Below the pieces are notes generated by a model. That model did no database searches. It was not told where the DNA came from and saw nothing but the letters and a program-made list of their open reading frames with translations. A stretch of 64,000 nucleotides of DNA. Origin: a virus. The stretch's first letter is position 1. Each line of letters opens with the position of its first letter. The stretch lies in the IMG/VR virus record IMGVR_UViG_3300046170_000494, positions 96,001-160,000 of that record. One strand, 5' to 3'. This document shows positions 46,919-57,109 of the stretch, piece after piece. Made by a program: the position numbers and the translations under genes.

Positions 46919-49900
46919 TAACTTAATAGACCCCCAGGCCTTTGTTCTTCGACTATAATACTTAAAACTTGCTGCTTCACTCTTTCTGACAACAACTTCA
47001 TTTTATCCCCTCCTTCTTGAGCGGGAGCTCCTCCATCTTGCTTTTTTTCTTCAGACCCTTTAGCTGTATTTATGGAAATATTAATATTGTTAGTGTTGCC
47101 CCCAGCAGAAGTTCCTTTGCTTTCTGACATTGGAGAAGTTTCTCCACCATCATAAAATTTTCCTGCGTTTATTTTATCCAACATCGGCTTGCCTAGCTGG
47201 CGAGCACTACTTGCTTTAATAACGTATTCTCCTTCACTGAGCATTGCAGGAATTTGGTCGATACCAGATTTGCCAGAGATGTGTCCTCCGCTGGCGTATT
47301 TATTTATTTTTCCCCCAAAATATGGCATTTTTACCATTAAAGCTTCTTTAAGAGATAAATTTTGACTAACAAAAGGGTTTGCTAGATCTGCATCAGTTAT
47401 ATCTAGAGAGCTCATTTGAGTACCTGAACCTCCCTCGGTCACAGGAACTATATTTGCTCCTCCTCCTTGATCTCCAGATAAAGGAGTTGAATCTGCTCCT
47501 CCCCCTCCAAAATTTATATTTTTTAATCCATAAGTTAGCCCCGCACTTATTACGGTTGATAAAAGAGCTTGTCTTCTAGCTTTCTTTTTCGCTTTTTTTG
47601 CGGCGGCTTCCTGAGCTCGCCTTCTGTCTTCTGCTAAAAGACCTTGCATTTCATCGACATCAGCTTTAAGCCCAACGCTTTTGGCTTGCCCGCTATAGAA
47701 AAAGCCCGACATTTTTCTGTATTGATGAGCTCGACTACTTAATCTTTCTCTAGCTCCTGCAGCTCGAGCAGAGCCAGGAACTCCTCCTCCTTCAGCAAAC
47801 TTAAGTACGCTACCTCCATTGTATTTTCCTTGTGTTCCACCAAATCCACTAAAAATAGAGCCGAGCATTTTAAATGGAGCAGATATAACACTAAATAATC
47901 CACCAAATAAATTATCAAAAAATCCCGGTTGTGCTGCGCTTTTATTTATATCTTTTCCAGATTTAAGGGCAGCTAATACATCTCCATGAGGAGCTTTTCC
48001 TGCAAAATTCCCTCCAGGACTTTTAATTCCAGGGATTTTTTTCATATCTTTTTTAAAGCTAGCCATTTTTTTGACGTCCACACTTGGCTGAGACGGAGCC
48101 TTTGGGCCAGAACCAAAAAACGAAGCTAAATCTTGTTTTTTAGTTATTGCAGAAGATGCGCGGGCTTTTTCATATTCTTGCTGATACAATCGCATATTCT
48201 TTTCGTTATTAAAGAATTTGCGCATTCTTTGTCTCATTGATGGTCTTGAAATTTTACTATATTCTGGTTGTGGAGCAAAAGCGTCAGCAAGACCCATAGT
48301 TCCACCTGCTGGTTGTCCGAAAGCTTCGGCGAGACCCATGGTTCCTCCTCCGCTAGAAAATTTTGGAGTTTTGCCTCTAGCATTTAAACTATGCATAAAG
48401 TTTGAGCCGTATTTATTTACAGCTCTTCTACTCATTACATATTCTCCATTAGTGACCATTGCAGGAACGCCACCGCCTTTAGAGTATTTTCTCACATTAC
48501 CCCCTTGCGATAAACCCATTGCTCCGACGACTTGATTTGCGGCACTTTGAAGAAAAGCATTTCTTAAAGCCGATAAAAATCCCATAGCCACTCCTTGAAG
48601 TGCATCTCCTAAATCTTTACTTTTATCTAAAGCTGCATCCATGGCGGTCACAAGTCCATCACGAAAATGGGTTGCGGTTATTGTTCCTAATTGGTAATCT
48701 ATGGTTTCTGCGTCTTCAAGCATTTTTTTTCCTGCATCCTTAAATGCATTACCGAAAGCTCCTGGTCCAGTCTTATGAGCCCTTGCGGCAGCAACTCGCT
48801 CTTTTTCTATTTCCAGAAGAGTCTTAGATGAAGAGATTTCTTTTTCTGTTTCTTCTTTTAGTATTTTTTTCTTTTGAGCTATCTCTTCTAACTTCTTGAT
48901 TCTTTCATCTTTGTCTTTCAGTAAAGCTTGGTAGTCTTCTATTTCTGACTTAGTCATATCTAACTTAGAACCATAGACTCCCCCTCCCTGATAAGTTTTT
49001 TCGTGAGCTGCTATTTTTTTCTTGTATTCTAAAAACTTTTTTTGCTCAAAAGCTTCCGGACTAGTATTTAGCTTTGCCATTTCATTTTCTTCGTTTTCTT
49101 TAAGTCGTTTTATTTTTTCTTCTAAAGCAAATTCTTTTTCTCTTATAGCAAAAACTTCTCGCTCCTTTTGAGTTTTATATCCCGGACCGGCGGCTAGAGC
49201 TCTTTGAGCTGCGTCAACCTTATTATCAAATCCCCGTATTTTTTGGGTTGATTGCAGAGATCTAGAGTTCATTTCATTAATTCTCTGCATGTCAGTAAGT
49301 GTTTGCTTTCTATTTGAAAGTATTAAATTAACGTTTTTCTCTGCGTCCGCTAAATCTTTGGCGGTATCTCGAGTTTTTTGAGCCACTTCTAAATTGTTAA
49401 TTCTTTTTTGTAGTTCTGTTTCAAGAATTTTTACGACAATTGCCTCCGTGCCCCCCTTCTGAAGTCTTTTCATTTTATCTAAGATCTCTTGAAGGCTCAT
49501 CGCGCTTACTCTATCAGTTAGATCTTGATCTTCCATCTCTTCATTTCCTAAAGAAATTTTAAAAGCTGAAGATAGAGATGGGCTATCTTTTATTTTTTGA
49601 AGTAATCCTGTTTTTGTTTGGGCGTCGATTTGTGCTGTAGCTTTTTTGTAAGCCTCAGTAGCTTTATTGATCGCTTCGGTATGCTTATACATAGTTTTTT
49701 GTCTTTCTGTAATAGAGCTACCTATTATTTTTTGCTCAAGCTTTAAAGCTTGGTTTTGCTTTGCATAACTTGCTTGTATTTCTAACTGTTCGATTGTAGC
49801 AGCTTGCTGAGCAGCAAGCATAGCTTTCTGAAAGTTCAGGGCAAGGATGACACCATCTTTAAGTTTATTATTTGCATCATTTATTTTTTCTTGTTCAAGA

Positions 49901-52900
49901 TTATAAGATTCCATACCATTTAGCATTTCTACTCTTAACGATTCTAGGGCAATTTGTTGGTTTTCTGTTTTTGGATCTAATATGCCTTGCTCTCGAAGCA
50001 TTTTCTCATATTGAGCGCCAGTCATGGCCTTTTTTTCTTTCGAGAATTTTATTCCATCTTCGCCGACATTTTCAATTTGCGTAAACAACTGTTTACCTTC
50101 AAGCCGTTTTAAGTATTTACTAATTATGTCCCCTTGACTTTGAGATTTTTCTGTAAACTCCCGTCTCATGTAAGTTGTTCGTTGTTTAGAGCTATCTCCA
50201 TAAATATAACTTTCAAGAGGTCTACCATTAGGTCCGTACTCAAATTTTGGTAGCTTTTTACGCATACTTTCCATTTCAGATGATGACATTTGAGACATCG
50301 TCTCTCCTATAAATTCTGGGGGTAAAGCTTGAGCTATTTGTTTGCCGACTTCGGACGCACGTTGTTTCTCTGCATCCCTAGCTTCGTTAATAGAGGACAC
50401 TAAGCCAGAAAAAGCTCCAACTGTTGCTCCTACTGCTGTCCCTAAAGCTCCAAACATCATGCCCATAGAGGCGCCCATACCTGCCCCAGATAATGTTCCT
50501 CCTATCGCTTTACCTGTAGTTCCACCAATAGAGTCTTCTAAAAACCCTGCGGCCATAGGAAGCCCCATCATTAAACCCATCTGTCCACCCGTGCTGCCAA
50601 GAGCTCGACCCATGGTTGTATTAGAAAATCTTTCGTTTGCGTTTCTTAATCCTAGAGATCTAGTAGTCCTACCTCTTGCGTTATTGAGTCTATCAATAGT
50701 GGAAATACTTTTTCTTAATCTTTGATTAACTTCTTGTTGAGCACTGCTTCCGAGGTGATAATTACTAGCTATTTTTTGCGCAGATCTATTTAATTGATCT
50801 AGAGTTCTATTGCCTTGTTTATAAGAATCAATTCTTTTCTTGAGGTGAGCGTTCGCCTGTTTGGCTAAATCATTTGCTTTCTCTTGCTCTATAGATCCAA
50901 AATCTCCAGGCTTAAATATTGCGTAATTTGGAACATACCCTTTTGCTCCAAATACATCTTTTAATCCGTTTGGTTCGTCACGAGTATTAGTTACTCCAAG
51001 ACCAATTGGATTGCCTTTATTCATTAGAGCTGGATGCGTTCCTACCCTGATTTGAGAAACAGGAACTCCTGCATCTCGTTCTCTTCCTATTGCATCAGAT
51101 AATGGGTTTGCGAAATTAGGAATAAAACCATCAGCGCGACCTGATATATAATTTAATATTTTTTTAGGAATACCTCCAGACTTAGCGGATGCGAGAGTGT
51201 ATTTTAGTTCTAAAGCGCGCTTCGTAGGGTTATTTTTATCATTCAAGAATTTTGATAACTCCGATGCGTCAGCTCCTCTAAAATCAAAAGAAGCTTGTTT
51301 ATTATCTTCAATCCTATCTCCAATTGCAGTTCTTAGTGAAGTTTCATATAAGTTCCCTAAAGTTCCGGGATCGATATGTTTAACAATATTTTCGCTAGTA
51401 AAATCTGGTTTTTGACCTTTACTTGAACCTTTAAATATATTTTTATGCAATCTTTCTGCGAACCCCCTCAGAGGGTCTTTAACCAAATCTCCTATTGTTT
51501 TTCGAGCCACACTATCAGACTGACCCTTCCGGATTAAGTTTAAATCTTGCTCTGAAACAGGTGAGATAGCTTTAGTTGGCAATGTGCCTAATAATGTTTT
51601 CCCTTTTAAATCTTTTACGTTAACTCCAATTTGTTGAGCCAAAGTTTTTTTGGAGTCAGGATTTACTTCTGAAATCGGCGTACTATATCGAATGTCTATA
51701 GGACTTTCTGTTTCTGCGCCAACGCCCAGAATAACTCCTAATTGACTAATTGCTCCAGGATATATTTGATTTAAATCTATTACTGGATTCTTAAACCCCT
51801 TTTCTTTCTTGAAAGCTTTTCCACCAAGTTTCCCTCCAGCCGCTTTATTAAAAGCGCTCATATTTACTTTGTTTCTTGCTAAGCTTTTATACTTTCCCTC
51901 CATTTCCTTCTCAGAAAAGCCTATTGAATTAAAATTAGGTATATATCCCCCTGCGGCATAAGGATCAAACCCATGCACAGAACCAAACGCTTGCTGATAA
52001 TTTTTGCCTGCCTTACTAGATAAAGGAGGCATTATTGCTGGTTGACTTAATCCTGAGAATGTTTTAACTTTTTCTGCGCTATTATAAATAACAGATCCTT
52101 CGCCAGGCATATTCATTGATCGAATACTTCCTGCGGCATATCCACCACGAGCAGCCTGTTCTCTTTCTGGGTTCGCAAAATTTGGTATATGACCGTAAGC
52201 ACGGCCTCTGCGAGGTGTTAGGTTTGCTCCAAAGCCTTTTGAGTATAATGTAGCTGCACTGCTTTTAGCGACAGAGTCGAGCATTTTTGCTTCAGCTACT
52301 TGAGCTCTTAAAAGTCCAAGAATTATTTTTTCTTTTTCTGTTCGAGAAATGTCCGTGCGCAACATTTCTTTGCTTAATTCAGAACTTCTTCCAAACAGTC
52401 CTACAAGAGATGTTTGAATTACTTTTTGTTTCTGAGCTTCGCTAGTTACTCCAATTAATGAAGTTAAACTTTCTTTAGCGAAGCTTGCCGCTTTTAAGAA
52501 TAACTTTCCAAATACAGCAGTGATAACAACTAAACCCGGACCGCTAATTACATTGCCTAAGCCCCTTAGGAATCCATTTGCAAATTTACTTCCAGTTCCC
52601 TCTCCATCCCCTAAAAGTCCAGACAAACCTTCTGCTCCACTTTTAACTATATTTAAAACTTTTTCAATTCCGGGAGCAAGCATTATCTCTCCGATTTGAG
52701 CAGATACCTGTTTAATTGCCAACCCAGTTTCGGTTGCCATTGCGGCCATGGTATTCCTTAATTGTTCATTTTTCTCTATAGCTTCGTTTGTTGCTCCTGC
52801 AGAAATTTGAGTAGCGTTTGCAAGAATACCATTTTGTTTAGCGGCATCACCAAGAACAGCTTTTAAAACGTTGATTTGAAAAACGCCACCGACTGTCTGA

Positions 52901-53817
52901 GCTATTTGCGCTTTTTGGGCTTCGGATAATGAATCAAAAGTGTTTGCGAGATCAGTTAATATTTTCTTTGCTCCAAGAGTCTTACCTTCGATATCTCTAA
53001 CAGCAATTCCTAAATTCTCTAGTTGATTTAAAGTATCAGTTCTTCCGATACGAGTAAAAATAGTTTTAAAGGAGTTACCAATAACCTTACCGCCTCGAGC
53101 TGTTTGTTGCTGAGCGGCAGTGACTAAGCCAATTAACTCATCAATATTGACTCCAGCTCCTTTAGCTGCTGCACCAGTTCTAGATATAGCGTCAGCAAAA
53201 TCTTCTGCGCTAACCGCAAACTTAACATCAACTGCGGCGAATTTACTTACTAATTGAGTAGTATCCTTGATTTGATTACCATAGGTATTCATTGCGGCAG
53301 TTAATGACTTTACTGCCTCCGCAGAATCCATACCTGTTAATCGAGTAAGAATAAGAGCGTCTTTTGTTCTTTTTAAAGATTCTTCTACATTAAGGCCTTG
53401 ACGAGCATACTCTGTCGCAGCGTCAGCTGCAACCTTAAATGCTGCACCAGTTTCTTTAGCTACTTTAAATAAACCATCACTAAACGCTTCAAGCTTTTGA
53501 GTGCTCAGGCCCATAACAACATTAATATCCGCCAAAGATTTTTCAACTTCAACCATATTGCGAACCATTCCTTTAAATGCGTCCGCCATACCGTTGATTA
53601 TTGCCATCGAAGCGCCGAAAGCTATAATACGAGCATTCGCGGCTTCCATAGACTTACTGAATTCATCAGCAGCCCGCTTCATATTACCTAAAGGTTGGGT
53701 CGCGCCCTTATCGTCAACACTTATTCTAATAGGTTGACGCCGAATTCTGTTTACAGCAGACTGAACCGCTGCCTCAAGAGGTTGTGTATTACCGTGTACG
53801 TCAAGATTTATAGCCAT
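46918..53817 (-). CDS. tape measure protein (TP901-like core) with inserted cargo domains
   Basis: EYARQG...TKDALILTRLTGMDSAEA...FAVSAEDFADAISRTG...GKVIGNSFKTIFTR; long coiled coils; C-terminal AxGG...PAMLSEGEYVI motifs; position upstream of M-L-K-I-J. Confidence 0.93.
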   Translation of the reverse strand: MAINLDVHGNTQPLEAAVQSAVNRIRRQPIRISVDDKGATQPLGNMKRAADEFSKSMEAANARIIAFGASMAIINGMADAFKGMVRNMVEVEKSLADINVVMGLSTQKLEAFSDGLFKVAKETGAAFKVAADAATEYARQGLNVEESLKRTKDALILTRLTGMDSAEAVKSLTAAMNTYGNQIKDTTQLVSKFAAVDVKFAVSAEDFADAISRTGAAAKGAGVNIDELIGLVTAAQQQTARGGKVIGNSFKTIFTRIGRTDTLNQLENLGIAVRDIEGKTLGAKKILTDLANTFDSLSEAQKAQIAQTVGGVFQINVLKAVLGDAAKQNGILANATQISAGATNEAIEKNEQLRNTMAAMATETGLAIKQVSAQIGEIMLAPGIEKVLNIVKSGAEGLSGLLGDGEGTGSKFANGFLRGLGNVISGPGLVVITAVFGKLFLKAASFAKESLTSLIGVTSEAQKQKVIQTSLVGLFGRSSELSKEMLRTDISRTEKEKIILGLLRAQVAEAKMLDSVAKSSAATLYSKGFGANLTPRRGRAYGHIPNFANPEREQAARGGYAAGSIRSMNMPGEGSVIYNSAEKVKTFSGLSQPAIMPPLSSKAGKNYQQAFGSVHGFDPYAAGGYIPNFNSIGFSEKEMEGKYKSLARNKVNMSAFNKAAGGKLGGKAFKKEKGFKNPVIDLNQIYPGAISQLGVILGVGAETESPIDIRYSTPISEVNPDSKKTLAQQIGVNVKDLKGKTLLGTLPTKAISPVSEQDLNLIRKGQSDSVARKTIGDLVKDPLRGFAERLHKNIFKGSSKGQKPDFTSENIVKHIDPGTLGNLYETSLRTAIGDRIEDNKQASFDFRGADASELSKFLNDKNNPTKRALELKYTLASAKSGGIPKKILNYISGRADGFIPNFANPLSDAIGRERDAGVPVSQIRVGTHPALMNKGNPIGLGVTNTRDEPNGLKDVFGAKGYVPNYAIFKPGDFGSIEQEKANDLAKQANAHLKKRIDSYKQGNRTLDQLNRSAQKIASNYHLGSSAQQEVNQRLRKSISTIDRLNNARGRTTRSLGLRNANERFSNTTMGRALGSTGGQMGLMMGLPMAAGFLEDSIGGTTGKAIGGTLSGAGMGASMGMMFGALGTAVGATVGAFSGLVSSINEARDAEKQRASEVGKQIAQALPPEFIGETMSQMSSSEMESMRKKLPKFEYGPNGRPLESYIYGDSSKQRTTYMRREFTEKSQSQGDIISKYLKRLEGKQLFTQIENVGEDGIKFSKEKKAMTGAQYEKMLREQGILDPKTENQQIALESLRVEMLNGMESYNLEQEKINDANNKLKDGVILALNFQKAMLAAQQAATIEQLEIQASYAKQNQALKLEQKIIGSSITERQKTMYKHTEAINKATEAYKKATAQIDAQTKTGLLQKIKDSPSLSSAFKISLGNEEMEDQDLTDRVSAMSLQEILDKMKRLQKGGTEAIVVKILETELQKRINNLEVAQKTRDTAKDLADAEKNVNLILSNRKQTLTDMQRINEMNSRSLQSTQKIRGFDNKVDAAQRALAAGPGYKTQKEREVFAIREKEFALEEKIKRLKENEENEMAKLNTSPEAFEQKKFLEYKKKIAAHEKTYQGGGVYGSKLDMTKSEIEDYQALLKDKDERIKKLEEIAQKKKILKEETEKEISSSKTLLEIEKERVAAARAHKTGPGAFGNAFKDAGKKMLEDAETIDYQLGTITATHFRDGLVTAMDAALDKSKDLGDALQGVAMGFLSALRNAFLQSAANQVVGAMGLSQGGNVRKYSKGGGVPAMVTNGEYVMSRRAVNKYGSNFMHSLNARGKTPKFSSGGGTMGLAEAFGQPAGGTMGLADAFAPQPEYSKISRPSMRQRMRKFFNNEKNMRLYQQEYEKARASSAITKKQDLASFFGSGPKAPSQPSVDVKKMASFKKDMKKIPGIKSPGGNFAGKAPHGDVLAALKSGKDINKSAAQPGFFDNLFGGLFSVISAPFKMLGSIFSGFGGTQGKYNGGSVLKFAEGGGVPGSARAAGARERLSSRAHQYRKMSGFFYSGQAKSVGLKADVDEMQGLLAEDRRRAQEAAAKKAKKKARRQALLSTVISAGLTYGLKNINFGGGGADSTPLSGDQGGGANIVPVTEGGSGTQMSSLDITDADLANPFVSQNLSLKEALMVKMPYFGGKINKYASGGHISGKSGIDQIPAMLSEGEYVIKASSARQLGKPMLDKINAGKFYDGGETSPMSESKGTSAGGNTNNINISINTAKGSEEKKQDGGAPAQEGGDKMKLLSERVKQQVLSIIVEEQRPGGLLS
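48264..48350. repeat. short intragenic duplication in the tape measure (GGTMGLAEAFGQP / GGTMGLADAFAPQP, about 42 bp)
   Basis: two adjacent near-identical units in protein and DNA. Confidence 0.75.
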
Positions 53818-53851
53818 ATTACCTTATTCCTTAGTTCAGGTAATTATACAC
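53818..53851 (-). promoter_or_regulatory. putative late promoter GTGTATAAT with leader containing AAGG-aat-AAGG
   Basis: minus strand GTGTATAAT-TACCTGAACTAAGGAATAAGGTAAT-ATG. Confidence 0.6.
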
Positions 53852-53857
53852 TAAATA

Positions 53858-54844
53858 TTATTCTACTCCATGCAATTTCATTAAATCTTGCATATTTAAA
53901 GTTCCGCCTTTTTTCTTCGCTTCGTCATGCAGACTAACTCCGCCTTTAGGTTTTTCAATACCAAGATACTCATAATCTTCATCTTTAGCTCCAACAAGCG
54001 TTCCTGCGGCGCCTTGAGAGAGTTTATCTTTTGCCTTATCTCTTTCTTCTTTTGAACTACTGCCAAACTCTAACAATTTAGCAGGATCTTTTCTTATGCT
54101 TTCTGGTATATTTTCATTACTATCAAATATATTTTTAAATACTCTAGTATAAACAATTAATCTTATTTGATTATATGTTAATGCACAAAATGGTTTTCCA
54201 TAAAACTGCATACTATCTTCTGCAAAACTTAAATATGGATTATAAAATTCTTCTAATATAGTATATTGTATATTTTCTTCAGTAAAGCCCTCAAATATTT
54301 GATTATAATTAAATATATATTTTTTAATATCATGATCTTCTAATTCATCATAAACTTTTTCACTAAATAATACTTCATTTAAATCCTTGTCTTTGTAAAA
54401 ACTTTTAATCATATAAAAATCATTCATACGATCTTTTGCATATTTTTCACAAGTATTACCAATAAGAGATATTTTATGATTTTGTTTTTCTAATAAAATT
54501 TTCTGCTCTTGATCTATAAGCTCAGACTGTTTATCAATAGCGCTTTTAAGTACCATTTTATTTCGCGCTTTCTTTAAGCTATCAATAAAAATAGTTTTTT
54601 CTTCAATAAATTTATCTTCCGCTTCACTCCATTCTCCTTCTTTCATTAAGAAGTCAAGCATATCTTTTTCTGTTGGAACTCCGCGTTTTTGCGCTATTTT
54701 GAAATACTTATCTTCTACCTCTTCAAGTTCTACTTGATCGTGAGGTGTTAGGTGCTTAATATATACAAATTCTTCTTCGATTATAGCCGTAGAGTATCCA
54801 CGAACTATATCTCTAAATATTTTTCTGCGCGCTACAGTTTCCAC
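53858..54844 (-). CDS. putative tail assembly chaperone (GT-like)
   Basis: directly upstream of the tape measure; helical; N-half alignable with 54850..55671; GTG start. Confidence 0.55.
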   Translation of the reverse strand: METVARRKIFRDIVRGYSTAIIEEEFVYIKHLTPHDQVELEEVEDKYFKIAQKRGVPTEKDMLDFLMKEGEWSEAEDKFIEEKTIFIDSLKKARNKMVLKSAIDKQSELIDQEQKILLEKQNHKISLIGNTCEKYAKDRMNDFYMIKSFYKDKDLNEVLFSEKVYDELEDHDIKKYIFNYNQIFEGFTEENIQYTILEEFYNPYLSFAEDSMQFYGKPFCALTYNQIRLIVYTRVFKNIFDSNENIPESIRKDPAKLLEFGSSSKEERDKAKDKLSQGAAGTLVGAKDEDYEYLGIEKPKGGVSLHDEAKKKGGTLNMQDLMKLHGVE

Positions 54845-54849
54845 GCATA

Positions 54850-55671
54850 TTAAACTCTACCTTCTTCGATGTCTTCGTCTAGTTTAGCGAAATCAGCTGT
54901 CGATACTGCGCCAGAGCTATAATACCAGAAGCTAAATAATGCAGCAACTTTGCCTCCGACGATGTCATAAAGTTCATCACCTTCTTCTTCAAGTTCATAA
55001 TATCTTTCTAGTTTTTGATCGAAGTCATTTCCTTCAAATAATGGAATAAGATCATCACTATCTTCTTTTTGAGTATAAGTCAGATGAAGAATATACCACT
55101 GAATAACTTTATTTTCCGCGCGAACATCTGCAGTGTGATTAAATAAATTAGAATATGAAGTTTCTACATCAACAATATTTTTTCTAAGTTCAGTAATCTC
55201 AGCGGAAATGTCATCCAACTTCTTTTGGTCTTCGTTAGAGATATTGCTTTTAATTCTGATCCTTTCGCTTTCTTGAGATAATTCGCCGTAACGGATGTAC
55301 ATTTTTGTTAGAGCTTTTGCATCTTCTTCAGGAAGCAGTCCTCCTGTATCGCTATACTTTTTCGCTAACATGGCTTTAGTAAGAATTCCTTTTTTAACAC
55401 ACTTACTCATCTCAACACTAAATTCTAATTCCGCATCTTCGATTTGCCTACGAGTTGGTTGTTTCATAACAAGCCTATAAGGCACAGCTTCTTCAACCTC
55501 TTTTGTCATGGAGACTTCTTCTTCTTCTCCAGTCTCTTCATTTTTAATTTTTTTCTTTTGAGTTTGCTTAACCTTTTCTTTCTTCTCAAAAGTAAAACTA
55601 TAAATTTCACGTAATTTTTTACGAGTATCGTTCATAGTTGGTGTCTTTTCTAGTGTTTCCGTAGTTGCCAT
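54850..55671 (-). CDS. putative tail assembly chaperone (G-like)
   Basis: acidic helical protein two genes upstream of the tape measure. Confidence 0.55.
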   Translation of the reverse strand: MATTETLEKTPTMNDTRKKLREIYSFTFEKKEKVKQTQKKKIKNEETGEEEEVSMTKEVEEAVPYRLVMKQPTRRQIEDAELEFSVEMSKCVKKGILTKAMLAKKYSDTGGLLPEEDAKALTKMYIRYGELSQESERIRIKSNISNEDQKKLDDISAEITELRKNIVDVETSYSNLFNHTADVRAENKVIQWYILHLTYTQKEDSDDLIPLFEGNDFDQKLERYYELEEEGDELYDIVGGKVAALFSFWYYSSGAVSTADFAKLDEDIEEGRV

Positions 55672-55678
55672 AATATTT

Positions 55679-55966
55679 TTATTTAAATGTAAATCCTATA
55701 GTATAATTATCTAATTCTGTTTCGATATTTCTAATAGTTTCGTTACCAATATCTAAAGTTCTTTTTCTTAAGTATTGCAACTTTTCTTCATCGAAGTAAT
55801 TAGCTTGATCGATAATAGGGCTACAGCCTTCAGGTAGATTCTTTTTTAATTTGTCGAAATGAATCTGATGCTCATTATGTAAATCCTCAAGCATAACGAG
55901 GAAACCCTTAAAAAGGGAAACCGTATTCCTTTGATAGGACTTTCTGAAAATACCTTCTGCGTCCAT
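55679..55966 (-). CDS. hypothetical protein (MDAEGIFRKSYQ...)
   Basis: the ORF-track start at 55996 is a TTG overlapping the promoter motif; the ATG at 55966 is preceded by AGG-tac-AAGG and is more plausible. Confidence 0.65.
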   Translation of the reverse strand: MDAEGIFRKSYQRNTVSLFKGFLVMLEDLHNEHQIHFDKLKKNLPEGCSPIIDQANYFDEEKLQYLRKRTLDIGNETIRNIETELDNYTIGFTFK

Positions 55967-55988
55967 AAACCTTGTACCTACAAAGGTA

Positions 55989-56015
55989 ATACACAAAAAA
56001 TATAGTTTAGTGTAA
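55989..56015. promoter_or_regulatory. back-to-back divergent late promoters (ATACAC-N15-GTGTAA)
   Basis: GTGTAT on minus at 55994-55989; GTGTAA on plus at 56010-56015, 8 nt before ATG 56024. Confidence 0.6.
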
Positions 56016-56023
56016 AGTTAGTT

Positions 56024-56491
56024 ATGGCAGAATTTTTATCATCGTCCGACAGAGCTACAATTGCGGCTCACTTATTAGATCTTCATGATACATTTGGAAG
56101 AGATATAATTGTATATAAAGAAGCTCAAAAGGTAATTATTAGCACAGACCCAAACTACAACTATTTATATAATACTGCAGGAGCGACGAATCAAAGCGTA
56201 GAAAATGTTCCAGTTAAAAAAGTATTTAAAGCAAGAATAAGATATGACACAGATCGCAGTTTAGAAAATTTTGGAGAAGCAGATGCGCAAATAAAAGTTG
56301 ATAGACCAGACGCAAATAGTTTAGTTAGAATTAAATTAAAAATCGAAGACTATCAATATATAAAAGAAGCTAAAAGAATTGAATTTGATGGTAGAATGTT
56401 TAGAGTAGAATCTGACCCTAGAGCTCACGGACTTTTTGATGTAGTTCAATTTTATACTTTGTACCTCAGACCAATTGAATCAAGTGGCTAG
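56024..56491 (+). CDS. putative head-tail joining (stopper) protein
   Basis: beta-rich, RIEFDGRMFRVESDP...FYTLYLRP like SPP1 gp16/lambda FII-type proteins; first of four genes ending in the tail tube. Confidence 0.55.
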   Translation: MAEFLSSSDRATIAAHLLDLHDTFGRDIIVYKEAQKVIISTDPNYNYLYNTAGATNQSVENVPVKKVFKARIRYDTDRSLENFGEADAQIKVDRPDANSLVRIKLKIEDYQYIKEAKRIEFDGRMFRVESDPRAHGLFDVVQFYTLYLRPIESSG

Positions 56492-57107
56492 AATAAAAGA
56501 TAGATCTGTTAGAGACAGCGTTCAAAAACAACTTAGATCAGATAAAGATTTAAACTTACAAGTTCGTGTTTTAATAGATAAGCAATTTAAAACAGCTCAT
56601 CAAAAACTTCTTTCAGACTTCAGATCTCATCCTATTACCAGAGAATTAAAAGTTGCAGAAGGAGCGTCTAATTACAGCGGAGGTTTGGCAGAAGGCAATC
56701 TTTTTGGATTCATAGGTTTCGAATCAGGTTATGATGCTATTGAGCCTATTGAAAAACTATTAGTAAGAGCAGATATTTTAATAAAACAAAGAAGAGTTAT
56801 GAGATCAGGATTTATTTGGGCTTATGCAGTAAATATGCCATCAATAAATGATCTTTATAAAGTGACCCCAATGCCATGGTCTCAAGGAGCTAGTTGGCTA
56901 AGAGAGCTTGAAGGTAGGGGCATACCAAACTTAGGTCAATATATGTATGTTGATGCCAAAACTAGCCGCTCCTCCGAAGGTATACAAGGAGGTAATAGGT
57001 CAGGAGGTAGGCTTAGAATGACATATATAAAGCCTATGCTAGAAGAATTTGAAAAGAATTTAAATAATATTAGTGGCGCACAAAGAATATCTGCGCGCAA
57101 TTTTTAA
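56475..57107 (+). CDS. putative neck/tail-completion protein
   Basis: position between stopper and terminator candidates; basic; the in-frame GTG at 56484 may be the true start. Confidence 0.45.
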   Translation: MNQVARIKDRSVRDSVQKQLRSDKDLNLQVRVLIDKQFKTAHQKLLSDFRSHPITRELKVAEGASNYSGGLAEGNLFGFIGFESGYDAIEPIEKLLVRADILIKQRRVMRSGFIWAYAVNMPSINDLYKVTPMPWSQGASWLRELEGRGIPNLGQYMYVDAKTSRSSEGIQGGNRSGGRLRMTYIKPMLEEFEKNLNNISGAQRISARNF

Positions 57108-57109
57108 AT

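Noticed and set aside
46641-53937. Many short plus-strand ORFs opposite the tape measure and other long genes
   Set aside because: Fully antisense to well-supported genes, with no recognisable motifs or expression signals.
54845-54860. Programmed -1 frameshift between tail chaperone genes
   Set aside because: No canonical slippery heptamer, and the downstream frame is open for only four codons before its own start.
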